Source: an uncultured virus (IMG/VR IMGVR_UViG_3300020047_004915)
Lineage: Duplodnaviria; Heunggongvirae; Uroviricota; Caudoviricetes; Schitoviridae
Reading direction: 5' to 3' (one strand)
IMG/VR virus record: IMGVR_UViG_3300020047_004915
DNA length: 64,000 nt
A program made the position numbers and the translations under genes. The notes below the pieces were generated by a model, which was not told where the DNA came from, did no database searches, and saw only the letters and a program-made list of their open reading frames with translations. Shown here piece after piece: positions 10,690 through 18,729 of this stretch (position 1 is its first letter; every line of letters begins with the position of its first letter).

Positions 10690-10694
10690 TCCTC

Positions 10695-10714
10695 AAGCCC
10701 CAAGGATGGGGCTT
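10695..10714 (+). terminator. Terminator-like hairpin
   Basis: AAGCCCCA-AGGA-TGGGGCTT after the stop codon. Confidence 0.6.
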
Positions 10715-11268
10715 CTAACTAAACTACACACAAGGCAAGAGCCTAAGTAAAGTAAACCATCAAGTGTATTAAATTACATCGAACCGATATACCCAAGTAG
10801 CAGAGACTACACACATAAACACATCCCCAAGTGGCCACCACTACACCGAAAGGGAACCCTCAAGTGGCATAGAGGTATCAGACAGTATCTTAAGAAGATA
10901 AGGAGTAATAAATATACACCTGTATATTTACAGTAACTTCAGTTACTTACATAACTACAGACACTACCATTGAACACTGACACAGTTACTACTGTGTACT
11001 CCAGTTATAGTAATTAACTATAGAGATGGGAGTAACTATAGTTATTTTTGAATAACTTCATCCCTCTTGTTATGTTATAACATCCTCTCACTAACACCGA
11101 TACTCTCCCTATACACTAACCATTGTCTCATCACATCATGTACCACTCCTAACTGTACCATCCTACACAGTTACACTAACTACTGTGGCACTACTCACTG
11201 TCATCCTATACTTCTAAACCATGACATCAAACACTGTCACATTCCTTACTGTCACATCCCAATTCATG

Positions 11269-11285
11269 GTAATGATTCTCATTAC
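11269..11285. promoter_or_regulatory. Fur-box-like inverted repeat
   Basis: GTAATGA-TTC-TCATTAC; the 19-mer from 11268 matches 15/19 to GATAATGATWATCATTATC by my count. Confidence 0.45.
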
Positions 11286-11343
11286 ACACATCATATCAGT
11301 GTCCAATGTCACACTCACAACTGATCAAATAAAGTACTTGCCA

Positions 11344-11438
11344 ATACTTCTATGACAAGTACACTAGCGTTCACCGCTTCCCTCCGTTCCCACCTATATA
11401 CTTCTATACATACTTCTAATACATCTCACATACTTCTA
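11344..11438 (+). repeat. Four direct copies of ATACTTCTA
   Basis: Copies start at 11344, 11398, 11410 and 11430. Confidence 0.8.
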
Positions 11439-11546
11439 TATACATCAAATAATGGGAATGATTCTTATTCGTATATAAGGCTTATGCTCCTCCCTTACGG
11501 TCGTCGGCTGTAGGTGGTGGACATGTTCGTATGTATATCTGGTGTG

Positions 11547-11567
11547 GCCTTATCAGGCATGAGATGG
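11547..11567 (+). promoter_or_regulatory. Candidate virion-RNAP hairpin promoter E3
   Basis: GCCT-TATC-AGGC followed by ATGAGATGG. Confidence 0.7.
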
Positions 11568-11758
11568 ATGTGTGGGTTGGCTAAGGCCAGACATCCCGTT
11601 AATACCTTAAGAAAGGTATGTCACTAAGTCCGAAATCGGGGGCTTATACGAACAGACGATCCCGCTAACGCAGTACCGCAGTACCGCCGAGTTCTCTTGC
11701 GGGATTAGAAATGAGAACCGTGTGCCTCCTACGTATCTGGAGGCAACCCCCTTTTCTT
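11568..11758 (+). ncRNA. Candidate structured early RNA or leader
   Basis: Serial hairpins, a possible pseudoknot and a terminator-like end, directly downstream of promoter E3. Confidence 0.4.
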
Positions 11759-11791
11759 AAACCACTGCCTTAAATGGCTTGGAGATACATC

Positions 11792-12166
11792 ATGGCAACA
11801 CGTATCAGCATCATCAGTAACGAAGCAACCCAAGGACAGCACGTTGTGCTGTCCAAGCTGTTGGCAGAACTGGCATGGAACATCTACCCTAACGGAAACA
11901 GTGGGTATTGTGATGCAGACACTTACCGGGTATTCGGGTGCAGTCACCGTTGTTATGGTGACACCACCAACAACCTGCTTCGGCAGGTTGTTGTGGAGCG
12001 TAAAGCAGGTGATCCAGTATCCATGGGACGATTGGTACTGGATGCATCTCTGCTAACACCAGAGTTAGCAGAACATATCCGGTTTCTGTTGCAACCGATA
12101 GCCTTCGCAGGCTCTGAAACTAAGACCGTTACCATGCTCAAGAGACTTCTCTGGGCTTGCCGTTAA
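11792..12166 (+). CDS. Early hypothetical protein
   Basis: GGAG RBS before MATRISIISN. Confidence 0.7.
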   Translation: MATRISIISNEATQGQHVVLSKLLAELAWNIYPNGNSGYCDADTYRVFGCSHRCYGDTTNNLLRQVVVERKAGDPVSMGRLVLDASLLTPELAEHIRFLLQPIAFAGSETKTVTMLKRLLWACR

Positions 12167-12210
12167 TCAAACCATCAATAGCCGGGGTAATCCCGGCATG
12201 GAGATTTGCT

Positions 12211-12426
12211 ATGAAGATCGTCAGTTATATCGACGGCAGCCTTGCCATGAGCAAGGCCCGTAAGGTTTCCACACGCAGGTTGCGCGCAGCAACACGCAAC
12301 CTGCTCCAGGGTAGTGGCTATAGCCATTGCGGAGTCACGGTGTGTGTGTGGCTGTTCCCGTCTTCGGAGGGAGGCGTGCGCGTCTCCCTCTCCATGTTCG
12401 GAGACGGGTTGGCCGTTATGGTCTAG
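12211..12426 (+). CDS. Early hypothetical protein
   Basis: GGAG RBS before MKIVSYIDG. Confidence 0.6.
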   Translation: MKIVSYIDGSLAMSKARKVSTRRLRAATRNLLQGSGYSHCGVTVCVWLFPSSEGGVRVSLSMFGDGLAVMV

Positions 12427-12444
12427 CCCGTCAGGAAACTCAAT

Positions 12445-12470
12445 CCTGTATAACTAACCTGTATAACTAA
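12445..12470 (+). repeat. 13-bp tandem duplication
   Basis: CCTGTATAACTAA twice in tandem. Confidence 0.85.
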
Positions 12471-12473
12471 ACC

Positions 12474-12496
12474 AAGGGAGCCAAGGCTCCCTTTTC
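12474..12496 (+). terminator. Intrinsic terminator
   Basis: AAGGGAGCC-AA-GGCTCCCTTTTC. Confidence 0.7.
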
Positions 12497-12509
12497 TTCG
12501 GAGAATGTT

Positions 12510-12689
12510 ATGAACATCTACACCGTAATCTCCAGCATGTTCTACATGCTGGCTGCTGTACTTTTGTATGTCACCTTCAGCAATGTCCAAGCCACTGGTG
12601 CTCCCGCAGCACTGGTATTGGCTTGCTTGGCTGCAGTAGGTGGCAGCTACTTTTCTGTATGCTCAATGGAGACACATCATGAAGCTTAA
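12510..12689 (+). CDS. Small two-TM early protein (59 aa, not in the ORF track)
   Basis: GGAG RBS; MNIYTVISSMFYMLAAVLLYVTF... Confidence 0.6.
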   Translation: MNIYTVISSMFYMLAAVLLYVTFSNVQATGAPAALVLACLAAVGGSYFSVCSMETHHEA

Positions 12690-12876
12690 CATCGCTACAA
12701 TCTGCTTCATGGCTGCATTAGCCATTGCTACAAGCTGTGCGCTGTTCATTACAACGGTAGCAGTGGAGCACCAAGCTCCACATGCCTTCATCATTGTGAT
12801 GTCAGCCTTTACTGGCTTGGCTGCCTTCATGACACTGGCTCTTCCTATTGCATTTCACCGTGCACACAGTAAGTAA
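12679..12876 (+). CDS. Small two-TM early protein
   Basis: GGAG RBS; MKLNIATICFMAALAIA... Confidence 0.65.
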   Translation: MKLNIATICFMAALAIATSCALFITTVAVEHQAPHAFIIVMSAFTGLAAFMTLALPIAFHRAHSK

Positions 12877-12880
12877 CCCT

Positions 12881-12917
12881 AAACCCCAATACCTTCAAGG
12901 TGTTGGGGTTTGTTTTG
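12881..12917 (+). terminator. Intrinsic terminator
   Basis: AAACCCCAATACC...GGTGTTGGGGTTT stem followed by GTTTTG. Confidence 0.75.
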
Positions 12918-12944
12918 TTCATGTTTGGTGGTCTTTCCGGTGTG

Positions 12945-12964
12945 GCCTTTCAGGCATGAGGTGG
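12945..12964 (+). promoter_or_regulatory. Candidate virion-RNAP hairpin promoter E4
   Basis: GCCT-TTC-AGGC followed by ATGAGGTGG. Confidence 0.75.
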
Positions 12965-13003
12965 AATGTCTGGGCAATTTCGCCCCTTAAGGAGGACACC
13001 ATC

Positions 13004-13267
13004 ATGTTCGATCGTCAAAGCAACAAAGGCAACAACTCCGGTAACGGTGACTGGAAGGCTGATGCTTTCCTGAATCTGTTTCTCCCGCGCAAGGACGGTT
13101 CGCGGATGAAGCTCGGCTTCTGCGCTCTTAAGCTGTCTCAAGCTGATCAAGCCCAGTTGATCAACTGGATCAAGGAAGACCCTGAAGCGCACATCGAAAT
13201 CCTGAAACAGAAGTTGGTGATCGAGTTCAAAGAGGTGGCCGAAGCCTCTTCCGGCCTCGACCTGTAA
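13004..13267 (+). CDS. Drc-like ssDNA-binding RNAP II cofactor (functional counterpart of N4 gp2)
   Basis: TAAGGAGG RBS; ADAFLNLFLPRKDGSRMKLG and C-terminal LDL resemble Drc of Pseudomonas phage LUZ7; own promoter and terminator. Confidence 0.75.
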   Translation: MFDRQSNKGNNSGNGDWKADAFLNLFLPRKDGSRMKLGFCALKLSQADQAQLINWIKEDPEAHIEILKQKLVIEFKEVAEASSGLDL

Positions 13268-13272
13268 CCTGT

Positions 13273-13305
13273 ACCTCCTACCCTTCGGGGTGGGAGGTTT
13301 TTTTT
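13273..13305 (+). terminator. Strong intrinsic terminator
   Basis: ACCTCCTACCC-TTCG-GGGTGGGAGGT followed by a T run. Confidence 0.9.
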
Positions 13306-13343
13306 ATATCCTCTGCACCATCACCTGCAAAAGCACTACACAA

Positions 13344-13385
13344 GCAAAAGCAAAAGCAAAAGCAAAAGCAAAAGCAAAAGCAAAA
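13344..13385 (+). repeat. Hexanucleotide microsatellite (GCAAAA)7
   Basis: Seven perfect tandem copies. Confidence 0.95.
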
Positions 13386-13532
13386 TCTACAGCGAACTGC
13401 AGTGAGACAGTCTACAAGGCTCCAGGAGTCGATTCTAGCCACGATCTATGTGAAGATGCCCTTCCGGGCATTCCTCACGATTGCGTGTCTTGTTCGGGCT
13501 TATAGAGCGTGTTTGGTGGTCTGTCCTCTCTG

Positions 13533-13552
13533 CCCTTTCAGGGGTGAGGTGG
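13533..13552 (+). promoter_or_regulatory. Candidate virion-RNAP hairpin promoter E5
   Basis: CCCT-TTC-AGGG followed by GTGAGGTGG; shares upstream TGTTTGGTGGTCT with E4. Confidence 0.7.
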
Positions 13553-13582
13553 GTGTTTGGTTTAAGTTTATGGAGGTGTGTT

Positions 13583-13915
13583 ATGGACGGTAAGGTATTG
13601 AACAAGCATGTACATGGTATCCCCAATGGAGCCGTGTACATAGGCCGTGGAAGTATGTGGGGTAATCCATTTACCTCCATACAGGACAGGAACACGAAGG
13701 CTACTACAGTAGTAGCTACACGAGAGGAGTCCATTGAGCAGTATCGTCAATGGCTTAAGAGACAGATTCGTAGTGGATGCATCAGTAAGCAAGAGCTTGC
13801 TGAATTGTATGGCAAAGATTTGGTGTGCTTCTGTGCACCTAAACCCTGTCATGGGGATATCCTGATTAAGGCAGCCGCTTGGGCTGCAGGAGAAAGCGAT
13901 GAGCAACGTAAGTGA
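13583..13915 (+). CDS. DUF4326-family protein
   Basis: VYIGRGSMWGNPF and GKDLVCFCAPKPCHGDIL signatures; GGAGG RBS. Confidence 0.9.
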   Translation: MDGKVLNKHVHGIPNGAVYIGRGSMWGNPFTSIQDRNTKATTVVATREESIEQYRQWLKRQIRSGCISKQELAELYGKDLVCFCAPKPCHGDILIKAAAWAAGESDEQRK

Positions 13916-14047
13916 TGTGGAGTGGAAGATCATCTATCGTGCTTGGATGCGTGAAGCACAGGATGCATTGAATGGAAATACAGACTCCATGGAAATGGGG
14001 TTCTGTATCTCATGTGCATTGAACATCTGGATGAAACTGGAGTGTGT

Positions 14048-14410
14048 ATGAAACCCTTCAAGTTGATTGTGGCTGGTGGCAGGGACTTCTCTAATACAGA
14101 GTTGTTCCTTCAAACCATGCAGCAAGTAGAGCAAGACCTGTCTGAATACTCAGTGTCCTTGGTCAGTGGTATGGCTAAGGGTGCTGACATGATGGCTTGG
14201 CAATTTGCCAGACACGAAGGTATCACCTGTCATCACTTTCCTGCGAACTGGAACAAGTATGGCAAGAGTGCTGGCTTCAGAAGGAATCAGGAGATGGCTG
14301 ATTTCAGTGATGGTTTGGTAGCCTTCTGGGATGGTAAATCCCACGGTACCAAGCACATGATTGACACGATGGCCAAGCAGAACAAGTGGATCATGGTAGT
14401 GAGGTACTGA
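14048..14410 (+). CDS. SLOG-superfamily protein (DUF2493/YspA-like)
   Basis: LIVAGGRDF, VSGMAKGAD, AGFRRNQEMA and FWDGKSHGT motifs. Confidence 0.88.
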   Translation: MKPFKLIVAGGRDFSNTELFLQTMQQVEQDLSEYSVSLVSGMAKGADMMAWQFARHEGITCHHFPANWNKYGKSAGFRRNQEMADFSDGLVAFWDGKSHGTKHMIDTMAKQNKWIMVVRY

Positions 14411-14411
14411 T

Positions 14412-14792
14412 ATGTTGAAGTTTACATTTGCCCGTAAGGGTGGCTACGAATGTAGCAGTAAAGGTGACAAAAGGTTCTCTGCATTCTGTGCTTATATGCC
14501 AGATGGGAGAACCATTGAGCAGCATTACCAGTGTGATGTTAAAGGGTATGCACCCGGAGGAACGAACTGGAGACTGGGTAAAGGCAAACCACCTTTGGAT
14601 AAGACCAAAGATATGTGGGGTGAGTACTTGGCACTCTGGGAAACATGGGCAATTGCTCACCCGGATTTGATGGATATCCTTGGAGAGAATGCCATCAAAC
14701 ATGGCGGTGTTCTCAGTGATATGTTTGCAAGTACTGAAGTAAATCAAGCCAGAGCATTGGCTGAAATACTCAACAAGTACTGGATATGGTAG
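14412..14792 (+). CDS. Possible divergent NADAR-like protein
   Basis: RFSAF...DGRTIEQHYQ..K, HPDLMDIL and NQARALAEIL recall the NADAR FSNF...TxEHxYQxxK / NxLG pattern; the ORF is secure, the family call is tentative. Confidence 0.5.
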   Translation: MLKFTFARKGGYECSSKGDKRFSAFCAYMPDGRTIEQHYQCDVKGYAPGGTNWRLGKGKPPLDKTKDMWGEYLALWETWAIAHPDLMDILGENAIKHGGVLSDMFASTEVNQARALAEILNKYWIW

Positions 14793-15062
14793 TGGGGTAC
14801 TGACATGTTGTACAGCAACGCGACAATGTACAAGATACACATGGGAGCAGCAGGATATTACCTTAGGGAAGGTAATACACAGCAACTTAACTGGGCATTG
14901 GAAGATGCCCTCTACTTTTGGATGAATGCACAATGAAATACATCGACCGTTTTACTACTGGTTTGTCAGTGGCTGCAGGATATCTCTGGCAAGGCAGTAA
15001 GTGTCTTGGCAAGATCATCAGCATTGACAGTGAGTTCTACACCATCATTCCGGGGTAAGTGA

Positions 15063-15956
15063 ATGAATAAGATCATGATTCAGCAAGGGATTGAGGAGAA
15101 GTTCTCCCAATCCCATGTGGATTTACTCTTGAAGGAGTTCCTCGTGAACTCCTCAGAGTTTGAAGCCAAGGTACAACAAGGGGTACGACTGCTGGAGAAA
15201 CACAGACAGCAGAAGTTCTTTCCATCTAAGCAGGAGCGTTGGGATCAGTTATTCCAATTGGATTTGGAGATGCTGGTATTCGGTATCTTCAAGGCTACGA
15301 TGTACTGTTATCGTCCTGTGTTATTCACTGCTGCTGTAGCCATGACAGTGAACAGACTAGGATGGGATGATAAGCCAGCAGCTATTCAAACCATGGCAGA
15401 AATACTGGCTGTGTTATGCAATACGGATGTGTTTGATATCTACAAGGAAGGTAAGTTTGAGTCCCTGATGTTGGTCAGTAATGCCAAGTTAGGGAAGATC
15501 AAGGACAGTATGGAGATGATCCAGTACATGCCTCCGATGGTAGTGGAACCGTTGCCAGTCAACAGTAACAGGGATACTGGGTACCTTACGCTGCAAGACT
15601 CTCTGGTGTTGGGAGGTAAGCATAATCACCATGAAGGTGATCTATGTCTTGATGTCTTGGACATCATGAATAGCGTGTGTCTGAAGATAGATACGCAGTT
15701 CATTAACAGCTTCATTGAAGTGCCTAAGAAGGCTCTTGAAACCAAGGAAGCAGAGGAGAACTGGAACGTCTTCAAGAAGAAGTCAGATGAGATGTATCGT
15801 CTGGTTTTGAGGACAGGTAACAGGGTATGGCTCACCCATCGGGTAGACACCAGAGGACGTATATATGCACAGGGATACCATTTAAATACGCAGGGAGCGA
15901 GCTTCAAAAAGGCACTACTGGAGTTAGCTCGTGAAGAGCTAGTTACCGGAATCTAA
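15063..15956 (+). CDS. RNA polymerase II subunit 1 (N4 gp15-like)
   Basis: PPMVVEP and HRVDTRGRIYAQGYHLNTQG (DxRGR motif). Confidence 0.93.
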   Translation: MNKIMIQQGIEEKFSQSHVDLLLKEFLVNSSEFEAKVQQGVRLLEKHRQQKFFPSKQERWDQLFQLDLEMLVFGIFKATMYCYRPVLFTAAVAMTVNRLGWDDKPAAIQTMAEILAVLCNTDVFDIYKEGKFESLMLVSNAKLGKIKDSMEMIQYMPPMVVEPLPVNSNRDTGYLTLQDSLVLGGKHNHHEGDLCLDVLDIMNSVCLKIDTQFINSFIEVPKKALETKEAEENWNVFKKKSDEMYRLVLRTGNRVWLTHRVDTRGRIYAQGYHLNTQGASFKKALLELAREELVTGI

Positions 15957-15971
15957 ACCAAGGAGAACACC

Positions 15972-16238
15972 ATGAACACTTTTCATGTAAGTCCCTGCAG
16001 TTATCTGGCAACAGAAGCTGCACCAGAAGTCCGTAAGATTCTGGAAGAGAAAGGCAATGTCCTTGTAGCAATACAAGGTGCAACAGCCTTTGCATACACC
16101 GAAGAAGATGGACAGGAAGTCTATCAAGATCAGTTGTATTCAGTATGTGAAGCACCTGCTGACTGCACAGAAAACGGTGGTCAGACGGAGTACATGTGGC
16201 AGTACGTATCGGCCAAGGAATGGCTCGATGCAATGTAA
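15972..16238 (+). CDS. Acidic hypothetical protein between the RNAP II subunit genes
   Basis: AAGGAG RBS; 88 aa. Confidence 0.75.
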   Translation: MNTFHVSPCSYLATEAAPEVRKILEEKGNVLVAIQGATAFAYTEEDGQEVYQDQLYSVCEAPADCTENGGQTEYMWQYVSAKEWLDAM

Positions 16239-16242
16239 TTAC

Positions 16243-16264
16243 AAGGGAGCTTAGGCTCCCTTTC
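16243..16264 (+). terminator. Terminator-like hairpin upstream of RNAP II subunit 2
   Basis: AAGGGAGC-TTAG-GCTCCCTTTC. Confidence 0.65.
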
Positions 16265-16278
16265 TCTTGGGGAATCTT

Positions 16279-17514
16279 ATGATGGAATTTACTGGGTTTG
16301 AGTACCTGTTGATTGACTGTGCAAACCAATATGGCTTGGACAAGAAACTCTTTGGTGAACGTATTCAGTGGGCCAGAGACAATCTGGATGTGTTGGAATC
16401 ACATGTAAACGACGCTGACACTCCAGCCTTGTATCTGAAGGCTTGCCAAGCCATCAGGAAGGCTCAGCAAGGCATCCCAACAGGACACCTGGTAGGGTTT
16501 GACGCCGTATGCTCGGGAATCCAGCTAATGAGCGTTCTGACAGGCTGTCACACAGGAGCTGAAGCCACTGGCTTGGTGCATCCTAACGTTAGGTCAGATG
16601 CTTACACTGCCTGTACCAACACCATGAGAACAGTATTAGGAGATGGTTTTGATATCAGCAGGGATGATGCTAAGTCTGCTTTGATGAAGAGCTTCTATGG
16701 TTCAACCAAGGTACCTAAAATACTGTTTGGAGAAGACACTCCTGAACTGGATGCCTTCTACAAGGCTGCTGAAGCCACTGCTCCCGGTGCATGGATACTG
16801 CTTCAGGAGTTATTGGGAAGCTGGCAACCATGGGCTACCAAGCATGAATGGCAGATGCCTGATGGTTTCAATGTGGTCTGCAAGGTCATGGAAACCACAG
16901 AGATTCGTGTAGAAGTAGATGAACTTGACCATGCTAGTTTCACCTATGCATGGGAAGAGAACAAAGGCTCCAAGACTGGTTTGAGTTTGGCCGCAAATTC
17001 GATTCATTCGGTAGACTCGTATGTGGCTAGGACACTACATCGTCGATTGAACTATGACGAGAAGGTACTTAAATACGCTTCATGGATTCTGGAAACAGAA
17101 GTACTGAAGCGTGCCTTTGCAGAATATCAGGAGGATGTTGAAGATGCTGCTTTGCAGTATTACATCGACCTCTATGAAGCCAACCAGATGGCGGATGTAG
17201 TTATACTTCCGTATCTGACTCCAGAGAATGTAGGGAACCTTTCCTACAACCATCTCACACATCTGAATAAGATCGTGGGAATGATGGAGAAGTACAAACC
17301 ATTTGAGTTGATTAGCATACACGACGACTTCAAATGCTTGGCGAACAATGTCAATCACCTCCGATTCATGTACAAGGAAGTGCTTGCTGAACTAGCTGAA
17401 TCAGAAGTTCTCAGTAACATCATGAGAACTATTAACCATTGCGAAGGGAAGTATCAGAAGTTGTCGAATAACCTTGGAGAAGTCATCCGAGGGAGTAACT
17501 ACGCACTCACTTGA
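16279..17514 (+). CDS. RNA polymerase II subunit 2 (N4 gp16-like)
   Basis: Motif A FDAVCSGIQ, motif B RDDAKSALMKSFYGS, ANSIHSVD, motif C SIHDDF. Confidence 0.95.
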   Translation: MMEFTGFEYLLIDCANQYGLDKKLFGERIQWARDNLDVLESHVNDADTPALYLKACQAIRKAQQGIPTGHLVGFDAVCSGIQLMSVLTGCHTGAEATGLVHPNVRSDAYTACTNTMRTVLGDGFDISRDDAKSALMKSFYGSTKVPKILFGEDTPELDAFYKAAEATAPGAWILLQELLGSWQPWATKHEWQMPDGFNVVCKVMETTEIRVEVDELDHASFTYAWEENKGSKTGLSLAANSIHSVDSYVARTLHRRLNYDEKVLKYASWILETEVLKRAFAEYQEDVEDAALQYYIDLYEANQMADVVILPYLTPENVGNLSYNHLTHLNKIVGMMEKYKPFELISIHDDFKCLANNVNHLRFMYKEVLAELAESEVLSNIMRTINHCEGKYQKLSNNLGEVIRGSNYALT

Positions 17515-17515
17515 G

Positions 17516-17539
17516 GCGCACATCCGTGCGCTTTTATGA
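17516..17539 (+). promoter_or_regulatory. Hairpin M1 (candidate middle promoter or weak terminator)
   Basis: GCGCAC-ATCC-GTGCGC-TTTTATGA. Confidence 0.55.
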
Positions 17540-17684
17540 GTACCCGAGAGCGATTTCCTTAGGGGAATCCTCTCATTTTTTCTTCAGTCATAGAAGTTCT
17601 CAAAAACAGCATACCGATATACTCAGCATACCTGTTTTTGACTTTTTGACTATATACAACCGATACCCCAACAGGAAAACCAGC

Positions 17685-17855
17685 ATGAGACAGTCCAGCA
17701 TTTCGCCTGAACACCAACAAGATGTAATCACTGCATTTGTATTGGGAGAAACCCAAACAGATATTGCTAAAGACTTCGGTACATCACGTAGAACTATCTA
17801 TAGGGTACTACTGGCACATGGTTATATCGTACCTAAGCCTAAGGAGTACCAATGA
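17685..17855 (+). CDS. Small helix-turn-helix protein
   Basis: TQTDIAKDFGTSRRTIYRVL. Confidence 0.8.
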   Translation: MRQSSISPEHQQDVITAFVLGETQTDIAKDFGTSRRTIYRVLLAHGYIVPKPKEYQ

Positions 17856-18037
17856 ACTTGATCCATCGACAGCCGCCCATTCGGGCGGTTCCTATGAATA
17901 TCTTTCCCACATTAACCACATTGGAAGAAGTAATAGCATTAGCTAAAAGTCAATTACCTATTATGGATGAACAGAAGCTCATGACAGTCTTGATGACATA
18001 CCATAATACATTGCTTGCTTATGTAAGAAACTCTTAA
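17852..18037 (+). CDS. Small hypothetical protein
   Basis: AAGGAG RBS; overlaps the upstream stop. Confidence 0.7.
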   Translation: MNLIHRQPPIRAVPMNIFPTLTTLEEVIALAKSQLPIMDEQKLMTVLMTYHNTLLAYVRNS

Positions 18038-18105
18038 GGTGTTAGATAGTTGCTATTCATAAGAGTAGCAACACTTCTAGCATTTAAACCAACAGGAACA
18101 AGATC

Positions 18106-18729
18106 ATGAAGCACACTGAAGTAAAGTTTGAAGATGTTAAAGTAGGAGATACCCTGTACATCGAAAGCAAACATCCAACCTACACTCAATGTAATGGAAG
18201 AACTTGTGTAGTAAAAGGTATTTGGTTTAACGCCCCTGAAAGGGCTATTTGTGTTGATTTTGGTAAAGGATTCGTAGGGCATAATGCTCGTGGCTACGTA
18301 GATGAATGCACTGGGTATAACTTGTGGAATTATGAGAATACGTGCATGACTTTGTTCAAGGTAGAAGAAGAAAAAGAAGAAGTACCTGAAACCAAGTATA
18401 CCTACTCAGGTAAGGTACTTAAACATCTGAAGGTAGGTGATATCTTCTTCTTGGATAAGTTCCCAGCTAACTCAAGCTTAGAAGGTAAGTTCTATGAAGT
18501 AGTCTATAAGGATATTGGAAATTACTATGGTTTTGATTTTAAAGAGGTGTGTGATAGGTCTGTACCTATACACATAGCTTCCCATAGGGAATCTGTACTT
18601 AGTAGAGAGATGGTAATCACACTTACCCGTACTCTAGGTAAAACCAAACAAGACAAGATTGCCAAGCTGGAAGCTAAGCTTGAGCGTATCACTAACAAAC
18701 TGAAGGCTCTGAAAGAGTCTGGGGAATAA
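18106..18729 (+). CDS. Hypothetical protein, probably two small beta domains plus a C-terminal coiled coil
   Basis: Repeated KVGD motifs; 207 aa. Confidence 0.75.
   Translation: MKHTEVKFEDVKVGDTLYIESKHPTYTQCNGRTCVVKGIWFNAPERAICVDFGKGFVGHNARGYVDECTGYNLWNYENTCMTLFKVEEEKEEVPETKYTYSGKVLKHLKVGDIFFLDKFPANSSLEGKFYEVVYKDIGNYYGFDFKEVCDRSVPIHIASHRESVLSREMVITLTRTLGKTKQDKIAKLEAKLERITNKLKALKESGE

Noticed and set aside
11067..11324. 85-aa His/Cys/Thr-rich ORF
   Set aside because: TTG start, no RBS; composition simply reflects the C/A-rich tract
11655..11720. Twister or hammerhead ribozyme in the early leader
   Set aside because: A stem followed by UAA is suggestive, but I could not find the twister core or the hammerhead CUGANGA/GAAA core
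13290..13505. ORF with a KAKAKA repeat
   Set aside because: Starts inside a terminator; the repeat is just the translated microsatellite
10700..13600. CRISPR or mini-array reading of the early repeats
   Set aside because: Repeats are short, irregularly spaced and separated by genes; no cas genes
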